Source: Actinomycetes bacterium
GTDB taxonomy: Bacteria > Actinomycetota > Acidimicrobiia > IMCC26256 > JANYLB01
DNA length: 64,000 bases
Direction of reading: 5' to 3'
Assembly: GCA_025363815.1 (NCBI GenBank)
Contig: JANYLB010000012.1
Location: 14,085-78,084 of the forward strand
Shown here one piece after another: positions 1 to 10,235 of the stretch. Numbering within the stretch: the first letter of the stretch is position 1; each line of letters begins with the position of its first letter. A model generated the notes under the pieces. It worked only from the letters and a program-made list of their open reading frames with translations. It was not told where the DNA came from and made no database searches. Both the position numbers and the translations under genes were made by a program.

Positions 1-1305
1 CCGCGGGTGCTCGATGGGATCGACGTGGCCGGGCGCGAATCGGCGTCGGTGCTGCAGCGGTTTCATCTGGGCGCGATGACACAACGGTGGCTCCCCGCGG
101 CGTACGAACCGATCGGCATCAGCCTTCCTGACGCACGCATCCTCCCCGAGTCCCGCACTCTTTTCAACGCCGACAACGCAGTGGTCGGCCGCCGGTACGA
201 CGTTGTCTCCCGTGTTCCCCCCGAAAAGCTCACCGCCGCGCAGATCGAAGCCACCGCCGGGCCGCTACCCGCCGCGCTCGAGCAGTACCTCGAACTCCCC
301 AACCGCTTCCCCACCACCGTCCGACGGACCGCTCGAGCGGTGACCGCGACTGCTCCCACCCCATACGACCGGGCGGTCGCGCTCCGGAACTTCTTCACCG
401 GAGGTTCCTTTGCCTACGACCTCGCGGTTCCCCCCGGAACCAGCAACCGCGCGATGGAAGAGTTCCTCACGGTCAAGCGCGGGTTCTGCCAGCAGTTCGC
501 CGGAACGTTCGCAGCGATGGCCCGCTCAGTGGGTCTCCCGTCGCGAGTCGTTGTCGGCTTCAACCCGGGGACCTACGACACCGCCGCCAGACTCTTCCGG
601 GTCACTGACGCCAACTCCCACGCGTGGGCCGAGGTTTGGCTCGCCGGGGTCGGGTGGACGCTGTTCGAGCCGACCCCCGCCGGCGTGCAGCCGGGCGCCA
701 CCGACCCCGGCATAGGGCTCCCGGCGCAGGCGAACCCGAACGCACCCCCTACCACCCCGACGACGATCGGGAGCGGCGCAACAACCGCGACTACGGCAGT
801 TTCCGCGGTTGGGGGGAACGGTGGACAAGTCTCTGTAGGCGGCAAGGGGTCAGACCCGAGTGAAGCTCCGAGCCGGGCCCGGTGGATCGCCTTGGGGGTC
901 GTCGCGATCGCGCTCGGGATGGTCGCCATTCGATCGGGCCGAATCTGGATTCGTCGGGCACGCCGCCGCGCCGCCCGCCGAGCCGGGACCCCGCGCGCCG
1001 CGGTCGTCGGAGCCTGGGCCGAAGCGCTCGATCGACTCGACGAGAACGGCGTGCGGATCTCGAGGTCCGACACACCGAGGGAGGTGGTCGAGGAAACCGC
1101 GTCCCGACCTCATCGCGCACCCGACGCCGAGATCGCGCTACGCCGCCTCGCCGATGCAACCGCACTCGCAATGTGGTCCCCCGCCGATCCGCCGCCCGGC
1201 GACGCGGCGCGGGCGTGGACCGACCTCGCCACGCTAGAACGCGCCCTGCGCGACGAGACCCCGCGCTCGACACGCATCCGGCGGTCGTTGGCTCGGGTGC
1301 TGTGA
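1..1305 (+). CDS. Transglutaminase-like (TgpA-type) membrane protein with C-terminal DUF4129-like region; 5' truncated by window edge
   Basis: Catalytic motifs GFCQQFA (Cys), SHAWAEV (His), FEPTP; Pro/Thr linker then TM helix WIALGVVAIALGMVAI; frame open from window start. Confidence 0.88.
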   Translation, partial: PRVLDGIDVAGRESASVLQRFHLGAMTQRWLPAAYEPIGISLPDARILPESRTLFNADNAVVGRRYDVVSRVPPEKLTAAQIEATAGPLPAALEQYLELPNRFPTTVRRTARAVTATAPTPYDRAVALRNFFTGGSFAYDLAVPPGTSNRAMEEFLTVKRGFCQQFAGTFAAMARSVGLPSRVVVGFNPGTYDTAARLFRVTDANSHAWAEVWLAGVGWTLFEPTPAGVQPGATDPGIGLPAQANPNAPPTTPTTIGSGATTATTAVSAVGGNGGQVSVGGKGSDPSEAPSRARWIALGVVAIALGMVAIRSGRIWIRRARRRAARRAGTPRAAVVGAWAEALDRLDENGVRISRSDTPREVVEETASRPHRAPDAEIALRRLADATALAMWSPADPPPGDAARAWTDLATLERALRDETPRSTRIRRSLARVL

Positions 1306-1318
1306 GCTCCGAGATCTC

Positions 1319-1693
1319 TTATGCGTTGTCGTCGCGGCGGAACTTGTCACGCCAGTGGGCACCGTCACCGAGAAAGCGAGTCAACGAGCCTCCACGAAGC
1401 GAGCTGGTGAGGCTCTGCATCCCGGCCCGACCGAGCTTGCGTGCGTTGCGCTCCATCACGAGCGAGCAGCCGAGCATCACCAGGAACCCGACGATGGCGA
1501 GCCAGGTCGTGCTCAGGGTCAGCACCAGCAACACGAGCCCGGCCACGAAGCCCACCACCGCCCAGCGGATCATCCGCGCGGCATGTCGATACAACGTGGT
1601 CTCGGAGACCTGTTGAACCAGTGCGGGATCGGTGGCGGTGAGATTCGCCTCGATCTCGCTCAGAATGCGTTGCTCTTCCTCGGAAAGGGGCAT
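1319..1693 (-). CDS. DUF3040 family membrane protein
   Basis: Typical N-terminus MPLSEEEQRILSEIEANLTATDP followed by two TM helices. Confidence 0.85.
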   Translation of the reverse strand: MPLSEEEQRILSEIEANLTATDPALVQQVSETTLYRHAARMIRWAVVGFVAGLVLLVLTLSTTWLAIVGFLVMLGCSLVMERNARKLGRAGMQSLTSSLRGGSLTRFLGDGAHWRDKFRRDDNA

Positions 1694-1837
1694 GGATACT
1701 CGTCGCCTCTGCCTTCGTGTCCCACCAACCGATCCCCGACGGGGACCGGCGAGCGGGTGCTACCGCCCAACGCCGACATTCTCGCGCACAGCCAGGGGTC
1801 ACTCAACGCGGTCTCAATTTGGCTCAGCTCCCGCCCC

Positions 1838-2908
1838 TCAATCGACGGCGCCGGGGATCGGCTGGAACACGATCGTCTCACCACCTGCCGCGGCCGAGCG
1901 ATAGGCGGCGTCCACCAGGCGATGGGCGGCCAGAGCGACGTCTACATCGGGATGACCCCGGGCGTCGGTGCCTTCGGTCGCCAGCGCGCTGAGAAACAGC
2001 CTGGCCGGCTCAGCGTAGGCCGAGAGCGACTTGGCCAGGATCTCGGGGAGGTCGAAGCGCGCCGCGTATGCCGGCGCCTCCCCGAGGAGAACCTCGGACC
2101 CCGACGACGTCTCAACGTGCAGCGGGCCCAGGTAGTCGTCCTCTGTCCAGCAGAATGCCTCCTCGAACAGCACCTCGAGTCGCCGGGTCGACGGGCGGGT
2201 CATGACCTGATGCCACACGCTGACCAGGGTGGCCACCGTGCCATCGGGATAGGCGAACCCTGCGGTCACCGCGTCCTCGATTCCCGGGTGGGAGAAGTGC
2301 GATGCGGTTCGGGCCGTGACCCGATCGGGATCACCGAGGATCCAGCGGAGGACGTCGACGTCGTGGATCGAGTGCTCGATCAGCGCCCCACCGCCGGCCT
2401 TCGCCACGTCGCAGCGCCACGTCGATCCGTACATCGCCTGGTTCGGGAAGTACTGGTCGTCGCGCAGCATCACCGCCATCGGCAGGCCGTAGCGGCCGTC
2501 GGCGACGATATCGGCAACGTTCGCGAACACAGGAGCGTGGCGGAGCACCAGACCCACCTGATTCGGTACTGCCCGCATCAGCCGGCCAACCCGTTCACAT
2601 TCGGCGAGGGTCGGTGCGAGTGGCTTCTCGCAGAACACCGCCATGCCTCTGGCCACGGCAGCTTCGACCGCCGGCAGGTGTGCAGAGGTCCACGAGCAGA
2701 TCCACGCAACATCGGCGCCGTCAAGCGCATCCTCGATGCTGTCGGCGGCAATGGCCCCGTGGGGTGCCGCCAACTTCTCCGCCCGACTCGCGTCGGGGTC
2801 GTAGGTCGTGACGACGCGCGCGTCAATCTCACCGACGTCGGCGAGCTGCTTGAGCGCGAACGAGTGCACGGTACCGATGTGGCCGCAACCGATCAGAGCG
2901 ATGCGCAT
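1838..2908 (-). CDS. Gfo/Idh/MocA family oxidoreductase
   Basis: MRIALIGCGHIG Rossmann motif, FCEKPLA, GGGALIEHSIHDVD; ATG at 2908 overlaps dinB stop (TGATG). Confidence 0.9.
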   Translation of the reverse strand: MRIALIGCGHIGTVHSFALKQLADVGEIDARVVTTYDPDASRAEKLAAPHGAIAADSIEDALDGADVAWICSWTSAHLPAVEAAVARGMAVFCEKPLAPTLAECERVGRLMRAVPNQVGLVLRHAPVFANVADIVADGRYGLPMAVMLRDDQYFPNQAMYGSTWRCDVAKAGGGALIEHSIHDVDVLRWILGDPDRVTARTASHFSHPGIEDAVTAGFAYPDGTVATLVSVWHQVMTRPSTRRLEVLFEEAFCWTEDDYLGPLHVETSSGSEVLLGEAPAYAARFDLPEILAKSLSAYAEPARLFLSALATEGTDARGHPDVDVALAAHRLVDAAYRSAAAGGETIVFQPIPGAVD

Positions 2909-4164
2909 CAGCCGTTCCTTGGTCGGGACCGGTCGGGATCGGCGTCTGGGTTTGGTCCCCACGCCGTGCCCCGCCGGCCGATTCGCATGCCGTCGCGGTC
3001 TACGAGCGTCGCCGGCCCGACGGCATCATCGCCGAACCGCGCCCGCACAACGTCGACTGCTTCTTCCAACGCACGTTGGTTCGGCTTCCGATCGCCGCCG
3101 AACGGCAGCGACTCCTGGATCGCGCCACCATCGACAAGTTGGAGGGCCGAGACGCCGAGCAGCCGTACCCCGGGCCCGCAATCGACCCCGTCGAGCAGCG
3201 AACGGGCCTGATCCTGGATGTCGCGAGCGAGGTCGGTCGGTTCGGGGCCGGTGTGGGATCGCGTGATCGTTCGGAAATCCCCGAACCGCACCTTCAGCTG
3301 CACCGTGCGGGCCGCCTTCGCCGACATCCGAAGCCGTATCGCCACCCGTTCACTCATCCGCACCAGCTCGCGAGCGAGCTCTTCGCGATCGGTGAGGTCC
3401 TGCGCGAATGTCTCCTCGTGGCCGATCGACTTCACCGACCGCTGCGGTTCCACCGGCCGTTGATCGTCGTTGTGCGCCAGCGCGTGGAGATGCCGGCCGT
3501 GGGCGTCGCCGAGCGCGGCGACGAGCGCGGCCTCGGGGATGGCTGCGAGGTCGCCGACCGTGTGGACCCCGAGACGATCGAGGCGTCGCCTGGTCGCGGG
3601 CCCGACACCCCAGAGGCGCCGGACCGACAGCGGGTGGAGAAACGACAGCTCTGCGCCCGGCTCGACGACGAGGAGTCCGTCTGGCTTGGCCAGACCGCTC
3701 GCCAGCTTCGCGAGCAACTTGGTCGTCGCACAACCCACAGAGGCCACGAGTCCGGTCTCCTCCTGCACCTGAGCGCGGATCGCCGCGCCCGTCGCCGGCC
3801 CCGAGCCGTGAGTGCGACGCCCTCCCGCGACATCCAGGAACGCCTCGTCGAACCCGATCGGTTCCACCAACGGTGTGTAGGAGGCCAGAATCGCAAGAAC
3901 CTGGGTGCTCGCGGATGAGTAGGCCTCGAAGCGGGGGGCGATGAACGCCGCGTGCGGACACGCCCGACGCGCTCTCGCCATCGGCATCGCCGAGTGGATG
4001 CCGTACACCCGCGCTTCGTAGCTTGCGGCCGCGACGACACCCCGATTGCCGAGCCCTCCGACCACCACCGGCCGGCCGCCAAGACTGGGATCAGCGAGTT
4101 GTTCCACCGACGCGTAGAACGCGTCGAGGTCGACATGAAGGATCGACGCCTCTGCCCGAGCCAC
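2908..4164 (-). CDS. dinB: DNA polymerase IV (Y-family)
   Basis: ILHVDLDAFYASVE, AASYEARVYGIHSAM, DEAFLD, AKLASGLAKPDG, KSIGHEETF little-finger motif. Confidence 0.96.
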   Translation of the reverse strand: MARAEASILHVDLDAFYASVEQLADPSLGGRPVVVGGLGNRGVVAAASYEARVYGIHSAMPMARARRACPHAAFIAPRFEAYSSASTQVLAILASYTPLVEPIGFDEAFLDVAGGRRTHGSGPATGAAIRAQVQEETGLVASVGCATTKLLAKLASGLAKPDGLLVVEPGAELSFLHPLSVRRLWGVGPATRRRLDRLGVHTVGDLAAIPEAALVAALGDAHGRHLHALAHNDDQRPVEPQRSVKSIGHEETFAQDLTDREELARELVRMSERVAIRLRMSAKAARTVQLKVRFGDFRTITRSHTGPEPTDLARDIQDQARSLLDGVDCGPGVRLLGVSALQLVDGGAIQESLPFGGDRKPNQRALEEAVDVVRARFGDDAVGPATLVDRDGMRIGRRGTAWGPNPDADPDRSRPRNG

Positions 4165-4172
4165 GCGTGCTC

Positions 4173-4688
4173 CTATTCGACCCTCACCTGGAGGACTTCG
4201 AAGTCATCGAGGCTCGAGCCGCGCACGTCGTAGCGGTAGCCGCGCCGGTCGGCGGGGCCCCACCGGCCGGTGAGCCAATCGGTCAACGGTTCGCGGACCC
4301 ACGCCAGACACGCGGCCAGGCGGTCGGCACACGCGTCGACCGGGACGAACGCGGCGTCGATGACGATCCCGTCGGGATCCTCCACCGTGAGCTCGCCGTC
4401 GAACTCGACCGCCCGGTGCACCTCACAGCGCATTCGCCAACCCAAGTCGACCGCTTCGGCGTGCACCTCGTAGAGCGGGCCCTCCCACGAACGCACCCGG
4501 AGCCCCGTTTCCTCTTCGACCTCGCGGGTCAAGCCGTCGAGCACCGACGCATCGGTCGGATCGATGACACCCCCGGGTGTGCTCCAATCGGTGCTGCCGC
4601 CCCGGCGCCGGTTGAGGACGAGCAGGAGCTCCCCCTCGCGTTCCATCAGCGCAGACGCGACGACCCACTCGCGAACGGTGTCGGCCAC
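4173..4688 (-). CDS. NUDIX hydrolase
   Basis: WSTPGG...LTREVEEETGL Nudix box; GTG start at 4688 just after ppm1 stop. Confidence 0.85.
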   Translation of the reverse strand: MADTVREWVVASALMEREGELLLVLNRRRGGSTDWSTPGGVIDPTDASVLDGLTREVEEETGLRVRSWEGPLYEVHAEAVDLGWRMRCEVHRAVEFDGELTVEDPDGIVIDAAFVPVDACADRLAACLAWVREPLTDWLTGRWGPADRRGYRYDVRGSSLDDFEVLQVRVE

Positions 4689-4692
4689 GGTC

Positions 4693-5433
4693 TCAGTGTG
4701 GCACCGGAGAGCCGGGTCCGCGCCGCAGGATCCGGTCGCGGACCGCCCACCAGGCGACGAGCAGGAGGGCCTCGACCACGATCCGACCCGACATCTTCGA
4801 GGTCCCGAGCTCACGATCACGAAACTCGATCGGCACCTCGGTGATTGATCCGCCCGCCCTCGTGACGCGATATGTCATCTCCACCTGGAATCCGTACCCC
4901 TCCGCCGCCACCTCGTCGAGAGGGAAGCTCGTCAACGCGTGACGGGAGTAAACGCGAAACCCGGCAGTGCAGTCGTGCACCGCCAGGCCGAGGAGCGCCC
5001 GGACGTAGAGGTTTCCTCCACGGGAGATCGCAAGCCGATACCAGGGCCATTTCGGTGTGCGTCCACCGGCCACGTACCGGGAACCGATCACTAGATCGGC
5101 GCCGCGTTCCGACGCGGCGAGCAGCGACGGCAATGCGTCGGGATCGTGCGACAGATCGGCGTCCATCTCGACAAACGTGTCGTAGTCTGCCTCGAGCCCC
5201 AACCTGAACCCGGCGCGGTAGGCCGAGCCGAGCCCCGACTTCGAGGCCCGCCGCAGAACCTCGATCTGATCGAGCTCGGAATTGAGCCGTTCGGCGATGT
5301 CGGCTGTGCCGTCGGGGCTGCCGTCATCGACGACGAGGATGTCGGCACCGGGAACGACGGCCCTGACCCGACGCAAGACGGTTTCGATGTTCTCGGACTC
5401 GTTGTAGGTGGGGAGCACGACAAGCGTCCGCAT
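4693..5433 (-). CDS. ppm1: Polyprenol monophosphomannose synthase (GT2)
   Basis: LPTYNE, VDDGSPDGT, GLGSAYRAGF, EMDADLSH, GSRYV, GYGFQVEM, SKMSG motifs. Confidence 0.92.
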   Translation of the reverse strand: MRTLVVLPTYNESENIETVLRRVRAVVPGADILVVDDGSPDGTADIAERLNSELDQIEVLRRASKSGLGSAYRAGFRLGLEADYDTFVEMDADLSHDPDALPSLLAASERGADLVIGSRYVAGGRTPKWPWYRLAISRGGNLYVRALLGLAVHDCTAGFRVYSRHALTSFPLDEVAAEGYGFQVEMTYRVTRAGGSITEVPIEFRDRELGTSKMSGRIVVEALLLVAWWAVRDRILRRGPGSPVPH

Positions 5434-5479
5434 CAGCGTTGGAGCCTACCGTCGTGCCCATTTGCCTACGATCAGGGCT

Positions 5480-5785
5480 GTGGAAGCCCCGAACCCGTCC
5501 TCTGAGGCCCAGCCCCCCGGCGTCCCCACGGCCGGGGTGGTCCTGGTCGCCTTCGTCGGAGTCGTCGTCGCCGGCCTCCTGGGCGCGCTCGCCGCGTATG
5601 GCATCGTCGACGTCGATTGCCGGGGTGGATGTGGCGCCAACGCCGCGCTGGCGGCGGTGGTCGGCGCGCTCATCGGGACAATCGGAGGTGGCATCGTCGC
5701 GGTGCTTGTGCTGCGGGCCCGGGCGCAGTGGCGCGTCCCCCGAGACGACGTCTCTCCAGATGACCCTTCTCAGAGCGTCGAGTAG
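5480..5785 (+). CDS. Small two-TM membrane protein, hypothetical
   Basis: Two hydrophobic helices flanking CRGGC loop; TACGAT -10 (5467-5472) 7 nt upstream of GTG 5480. Confidence 0.65.
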   Translation: MEAPNPSSEAQPPGVPTAGVVLVAFVGVVVAGLLGALAAYGIVDVDCRGGCGANAALAAVVGALIGTIGGGIVAVLVLRARAQWRVPRDDVSPDDPSQSVE

Positions 5786-6505
5786 CTACTCGAACGTGAG
5801 CTTGCGAAACGATTCCGCGTACCGGACGCCGACGGCGCGGCCGGCTTCTTCGGCTTGTTCGCCCAGCCACGTGCGGAACCAGGGCCCTGTCTGCGCGAGC
5901 TGGCTCGCGTGGCAGAACAACGCATCGATCTTGCGCCCGAGCGCGTCGGAGATGTCGACCCAGCAATTGGGCTCCAGCGTCCCCGACAGGTACGCAGTGG
6001 TGACGTCATGGACCGTGAGACCTTCGGCTAGTTGATCGGCGAAGTAGTGCGGGTTCCCCGAGGCCGGCGCGATCGCGTCGAGGGTCGCCCAACCGGTTAC
6101 CCGGTGATCACGGTGATTGAAGTAACCGTCGCCGAAGAAAACCGCGGTGGGATCGGGACAGAGCACGGCCTCTGGCCTCAGCTCTCGTACGTGGCGCACG
6201 ATCGCGGCCCGCAGATCCTGGTCATCAGGAAGCTCGCCGTCGGAGTAGTCGAGGTGGAAGTGGCCGGCGAGGCCGAGCGTGGTCGCCGCCGCGGCGGTCT
6301 CGGCCCGTCGCAACTCCGCGAGCTCACCCGGATCGGCCAAGGGGTCGGAGCTTCCCTTGTCGCCGCGCGTCGTGACAAGCACCCAGACTTCGCTACCGGC
6401 CTCGGCCCAGCGCGCCAGCGTGCCACCGGCGGAGATCTCGGGATCGTCGGGATGTGCGTAGACGGCTAGCGCGCGCGCGGGAACGAACGGGTCTGCGCTT
6501 GCCAT
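5786..6505 (-). CDS. PIG-L family deacetylase
   Basis: AHPDDPE, TRGDKGS, ELRRAE, NHRDH motifs; ATG 6505 overlaps tesB stop. Confidence 0.9.
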   Translation of the reverse strand: MASADPFVPARALAVYAHPDDPEISAGGTLARWAEAGSEVWVLVTTRGDKGSSDPLADPGELAELRRAETAAAATTLGLAGHFHLDYSDGELPDDQDLRAAIVRHVRELRPEAVLCPDPTAVFFGDGYFNHRDHRVTGWATLDAIAPASGNPHYFADQLAEGLTVHDVTTAYLSGTLEPNCWVDISDALGRKIDALFCHASQLAQTGPWFRTWLGEQAEEAGRAVGVRYAESFRKLTFE

Positions 6506-7371
6506 CAACCCTGCCTCATGGGGCGGATCAGGCCTTCCTGCATCACCGTCACCACCAGCACTCCATCTTGGCGAAAGATCTCGCCGCGGGCGAGGCCGCG
6601 CGCGCCGTGGGCGATGGGGCTGTCCTGGTGGTAGAGCAGCCACTCGTCGGCGCGGAACGGCTGATGGAACCACATCGCATGGTCGAGGCTCGCGACCATG
6701 AAGTTCCCGTCCTGCCAGTTGACGCCGTGCGGGAGCATCGCGGTATCGAGGATCGTGAGGTCCGACGCGTAGGCGACGATGCAGTCGTGCAGCAGCGGCT
6801 CGTCGGGCAGGGTCCCGTTCGCTCGGATCCACACGTCTTGATTCGGTGGTCGGGGCGCGTGGTCGAGCCACGACGGCATCTCGGTGGGGCGGGTATCGAT
6901 CGGACGATCGCGGGTGAGCCACTCCACGACGTCGGGCCCGAACTTGTCGAGGAACGGCTCGAGCCGCTCGCGGTACGTCGGAAGCGACTCCGGGGGAGCA
7001 ACGTCGGGCATCGGCGTCTGGTGCTCAGGCCCGGCTTCCACCACCTGGAACGACGCTTGCAGGTTGAAGATCGCGCGACCGTGCTGGATCGCAACAACCC
7101 GTCGGGTCGTAAAGCTCTTGCCGTCGCGGATGCGGTCGACCTCGTAGACGATCGGAATGCCGGGATCGCCCGACCGAAGGAAGTACGCGTGCAACGAGTG
7201 CACCGAGTGAGCGGCATCTACGGTACGGCCGGCGGCGACGAGCGCCTGGCCCGCGACCTGACCACCGAAGACGCGTTGCATCTTCTCGTCGGGGCTCATC
7301 CCCCGGAACAGATTGACTTCCAGCGCCTCGAGGTCGAGGAGCGCGATGAGGTCTTCGAGCGCGGAACTCAT
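6505..7371 (-). CDS. tesB: Acyl-CoA thioesterase II
   Basis: RVFGGQVAGQAL, HSLHAYFLR, RDGKSFTTRRV, AYASD, SLDHAMWFH, QEGLIR. Confidence 0.95.
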   Translation of the reverse strand: MSSALEDLIALLDLEALEVNLFRGMSPDEKMQRVFGGQVAGQALVAAGRTVDAAHSVHSLHAYFLRSGDPGIPIVYEVDRIRDGKSFTTRRVVAIQHGRAIFNLQASFQVVEAGPEHQTPMPDVAPPESLPTYRERLEPFLDKFGPDVVEWLTRDRPIDTRPTEMPSWLDHAPRPPNQDVWIRANGTLPDEPLLHDCIVAYASDLTILDTAMLPHGVNWQDGNFMVASLDHAMWFHQPFRADEWLLYHQDSPIAHGARGLARGEIFRQDGVLVVTVMQEGLIRPMRQG

Positions 7372-7443
7372 CCGGTGAAGGTATCCGAACGGGAAGCAAC
7401 CGTGTCCCTCGGGTTGTGACCCGACGCCGGTAGCGTGTCGGCG

Positions 7444-7887
7444 ATGACCCGCAAGGACACACTCGGCCACCTGCGTCGCGCCACGGAGCCCATGCTCCAG
7501 CCCGACGAGAGCTTCCTGGCGGGGTGCGCGGTGTGGATGGCCGACGAACGACCACGAGTCCCGCTCATCTTCACTGGTCGCGCCATCTACTTGATCGCGG
7601 TCACTGGTGAACGGTTGTTTGTCTTCGACACACCCCGACGGGGCAGGCCGCTTCTCGGAGCTGATCTTCTGCTCCAGCGACGGCACGACGCGCTGGATCT
7701 GCTCCGGGTCCGTACGCGCATCCCGATGCTCCAGCTCCGCATCTCGCCCGCGCCGGAGCGCGTCGTCATCCTCGAGTTCCGGCCTCGCGACCGCTCCCTA
7801 GCCCGCAATCTGATCAAGATGTTGCGCAGAGCGGCCGCGAACGGAGTGGAACCGCCGAGTACTCCGACGGCCGCCATCAACCTGTGA
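7444..7887 (+). CDS. Hypothetical protein (possible PH-like fold)
   Basis: ORF fills gap between tesB and glpK; TAGCGT -10 (7431-7436) 7 nt before ATG 7444; IAVTGERLFVF is reminiscent of bacterial PH domains. Confidence 0.6.
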   Translation: MTRKDTLGHLRRATEPMLQPDESFLAGCAVWMADERPRVPLIFTGRAIYLIAVTGERLFVFDTPRRGRPLLGADLLLQRRHDALDLLRVRTRIPMLQLRISPAPERVVILEFRPRDRSLARNLIKMLRRAAANGVEPPSTPTAAINL

Positions 7888-7909
7888 GCGATCGAGGCGG
7901 CGCGCCGGA

Positions 7910-9406
7910 GTGAACCACGAAGGCGTGATCGTCGCGATCGATGCGGGAACGACAGGGGTCCGGGCGTTTGGCGTCGACGGCAACGGACTCCCCCTGGCGT
8001 GGTCGTACCGGGAGTTCACACAACACTTCCCCCGACCGGGTTGGGTCGAGCACGATCCCGACGAGATATACGCGGCAACGCTCGCGGTTCTCGGCGACGT
8101 CGTCCGTGACCTCGACGAAGCCGGGCGACCGATCATCGCGATCGGCATCACGAACCAGCGCGAGACCACGGTCGTGTGGAGCGCCGACACCGGCCGGCCG
8201 CGGTATCGGGCGATCGTCTGGCAGGACCGCCGGACCGCGGCGCGCTGCGACGAGCTGAAGGCGGATGGGGTCGAACCATTGGTGCGGAGCCGCACCGGAC
8301 TCGTCCTCGATCCGTACTTCTCGGCCACGAAGCTGCAATGGCTCCTGACCGAGGGCGGCGTAACCATCGACGACGACCTGCGGTTCGGCACCATCGATTC
8401 GTGGTTGCTGTGGAAGCTGACCGGCGGCCCGGGGCCGACGGCGGTGCACGCCACCGACCCTTCGAACGCGTCGCGCACTCTTCTCTACGACATCGCAGCG
8501 CTCGAGTGGTCCGACGAGCTGTGCGAGCTGTTCGGCGTGCCCCGATCGTGCCTGCCGTCGGTGTTGGCGAACAGTGGCAGGTTCGGAATCACCGATCGAG
8601 CGTCGGCCGCGGGGCTGGCGGTGCCGGTGAGCGGCATGGCCGGTGACCAGCAAGCAGCCTTGTTCGGCCAGGCGTGCTTCGAAACGGGGATGGCCAAGAA
8701 CACCTACGGAACCGGCTCGTTCGTGCTGCTGAATCTCGGATCGGCACTTCCGCCACCGGCCGATGGTCTGTTGACGAGCGTCGCGTGGACCATCGGAGCG
8801 ACTACGACCTACGCGATGGAAGGCTCGATCTTCGTCACCGGCGCCGCCGTGCAGTGGCTACGCGACGGGCTCGGGATCATCGCGAGCGCGGCCGATACCG
8901 GGCCGCTCGCGGAGAGCGTCGACACCACCGGCGGCGTCTATTTTGTCCCCGCATTCACCGGTCTCGGCTCCCCTTACTGGGATCCATACGCCCGGGGTGC
9001 GATCCTCGGTCTCACCCGCGGCACCGGTCGCGCCGAGATCGCGCGGGCGACCGTTGAGGCGATGGCGTTCCAAACCGCCGACGTCGTCGAGGCGATGACC
9101 GCGGCCAGCGGCGCACGGGTGGCGGAGCTGCGGGTCGACGGCGGCGCGAGCCAGATGGACCTGCTGTGTCGCTTCCAGGCCGATCTCCTCGGAGTCCCGG
9201 TACGTCGACCCGTCATCCAGGAAACGACCGCCCTCGGTGCCGCCTACCTCGCCGGTCTCGCCGAGGACATCTGGGAAAGCCCGGCCGATGCCGCCGCGTC
9301 CTGGCGTGAGGAGGCCGTATTCGCTCCCGCTATGGGACTCGACGAGGTTGCGAGCCGCCGGGCCGGGTGGGCCCGCGCCGTCGAGCGGTCCCGCTCCTGG
9401 GCCTGA
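7910..9406 (+). CDS. glpK: Glycerol kinase
   Basis: IDAGTTG, GITNQRETT, IVWQDRRT, DPYFSATK, GDQQAALFGQ, KNTYGTG, LRVDGG, ETTALGAA. Confidence 0.96.
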   Translation: MNHEGVIVAIDAGTTGVRAFGVDGNGLPLAWSYREFTQHFPRPGWVEHDPDEIYAATLAVLGDVVRDLDEAGRPIIAIGITNQRETTVVWSADTGRPRYRAIVWQDRRTAARCDELKADGVEPLVRSRTGLVLDPYFSATKLQWLLTEGGVTIDDDLRFGTIDSWLLWKLTGGPGPTAVHATDPSNASRTLLYDIAALEWSDELCELFGVPRSCLPSVLANSGRFGITDRASAAGLAVPVSGMAGDQQAALFGQACFETGMAKNTYGTGSFVLLNLGSALPPPADGLLTSVAWTIGATTTYAMEGSIFVTGAAVQWLRDGLGIIASAADTGPLAESVDTTGGVYFVPAFTGLGSPYWDPYARGAILGLTRGTGRAEIARATVEAMAFQTADVVEAMTAASGARVAELRVDGGASQMDLLCRFQADLLGVPVRRPVIQETTALGAAYLAGLAEDIWESPADAAASWREEAVFAPAMGLDEVASRRAGWARAVERSRSWA

Positions 9407-9417
9407 TCAGATCGCGA

Positions 9418-10143
9418 TCAGCCCGCCAGGGTCGCGACCCGCACCGCATGGTCAACGACCTCGGGCGAGGCATCGACCGCGGGCCGGTCCGGCGTCGGCG
9501 ATTTGGTCGCGTAGCTGTCGGAGTACTCGTACCCGGACAGCTCGTGTATCTCGTACATGAGCTCGTCGGTGAGCTGACGCAACGCGAGGTGATCGTCGGC
9601 TCGACCTTCGTAGTGGGCCAGATCGATCGGCGAACCGAAGCGCACGGTGACCGTCCGGAACAACCGGGGCATCTTGGAGTCGGTCGGCTGGATCTCGTCG
9701 GTGCCGATCAGGCCGACCGGAACGAGCGGCGCCCCGGTGCGAAGCGCGAGGCGGGCCACGCCGGTGTGGCCCCTGTGGAGGAGACCACTTCGGGTGCGGG
9801 TCCCCTCGGGGTAGATCCCGAACTGCCCACCCTGATCGAGCACGGCAGTTGCCGCGTCGAGAGCACGCTGGCTGGCGCTCCCGCCCTCTCGGCGAATGGG
9901 GATCTGGCCGACGGCCCGGAAGAACCACGCCGAGCGCGGGTCGTCGAAGTACTCGGCCTTGGCAACGAACGTCATCCGCCGGCGCAGCACGAGCGGCAGG
10001 AAGATCGAATCGATGAACGAACGATGGTTCGCCGCATAGATCACGGCGCCGGCGGCGGGGATGTTGTCGCGCCCTTCGACCCGCACCCGGAAGGCACCGT
10101 AGAGCAGTGGCGTGAGCACAGCCTTGAGGATCCAGTACATCAC
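9418..10143 (-). CDS. Lysophospholipid (1-acylglycerol-3-phosphate) acyltransferase, PlsC family
   Basis: NHRSFID (HX4D), FVAKAEYF, YPEGTR motifs. Confidence 0.9.
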   Translation of the reverse strand: MMYWILKAVLTPLLYGAFRVRVEGRDNIPAAGAVIYAANHRSFIDSIFLPLVLRRRMTFVAKAEYFDDPRSAWFFRAVGQIPIRREGGSASQRALDAATAVLDQGGQFGIYPEGTRTRSGLLHRGHTGVARLALRTGAPLVPVGLIGTDEIQPTDSKMPRLFRTVTVRFGSPIDLAHYEGRADDHLALRQLTDELMYEIHELSGYEYSDSYATKSPTPDRPAVDASPEVVDHAVRVATLAG

Positions 10144-10235
10144 TGACGCGAGCGTAGGTGACGAACGTCGAACTGGCTACGGGCGATCGCGTGCGGCTAC
10201 CTCGTGCGGCCGAGGCAGTCGGAATCCGCGTCGTT

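Noticed and set aside
1355-3211. 618-aa plus-strand ORF and other long antisense ORFs (e.g. 11914-13392, 44094-45911, 45960-47474, 55770-57395)
   Set aside because: Shadow frames opposite well-supported genes; expected from high GC3 codon bias; no family motifs
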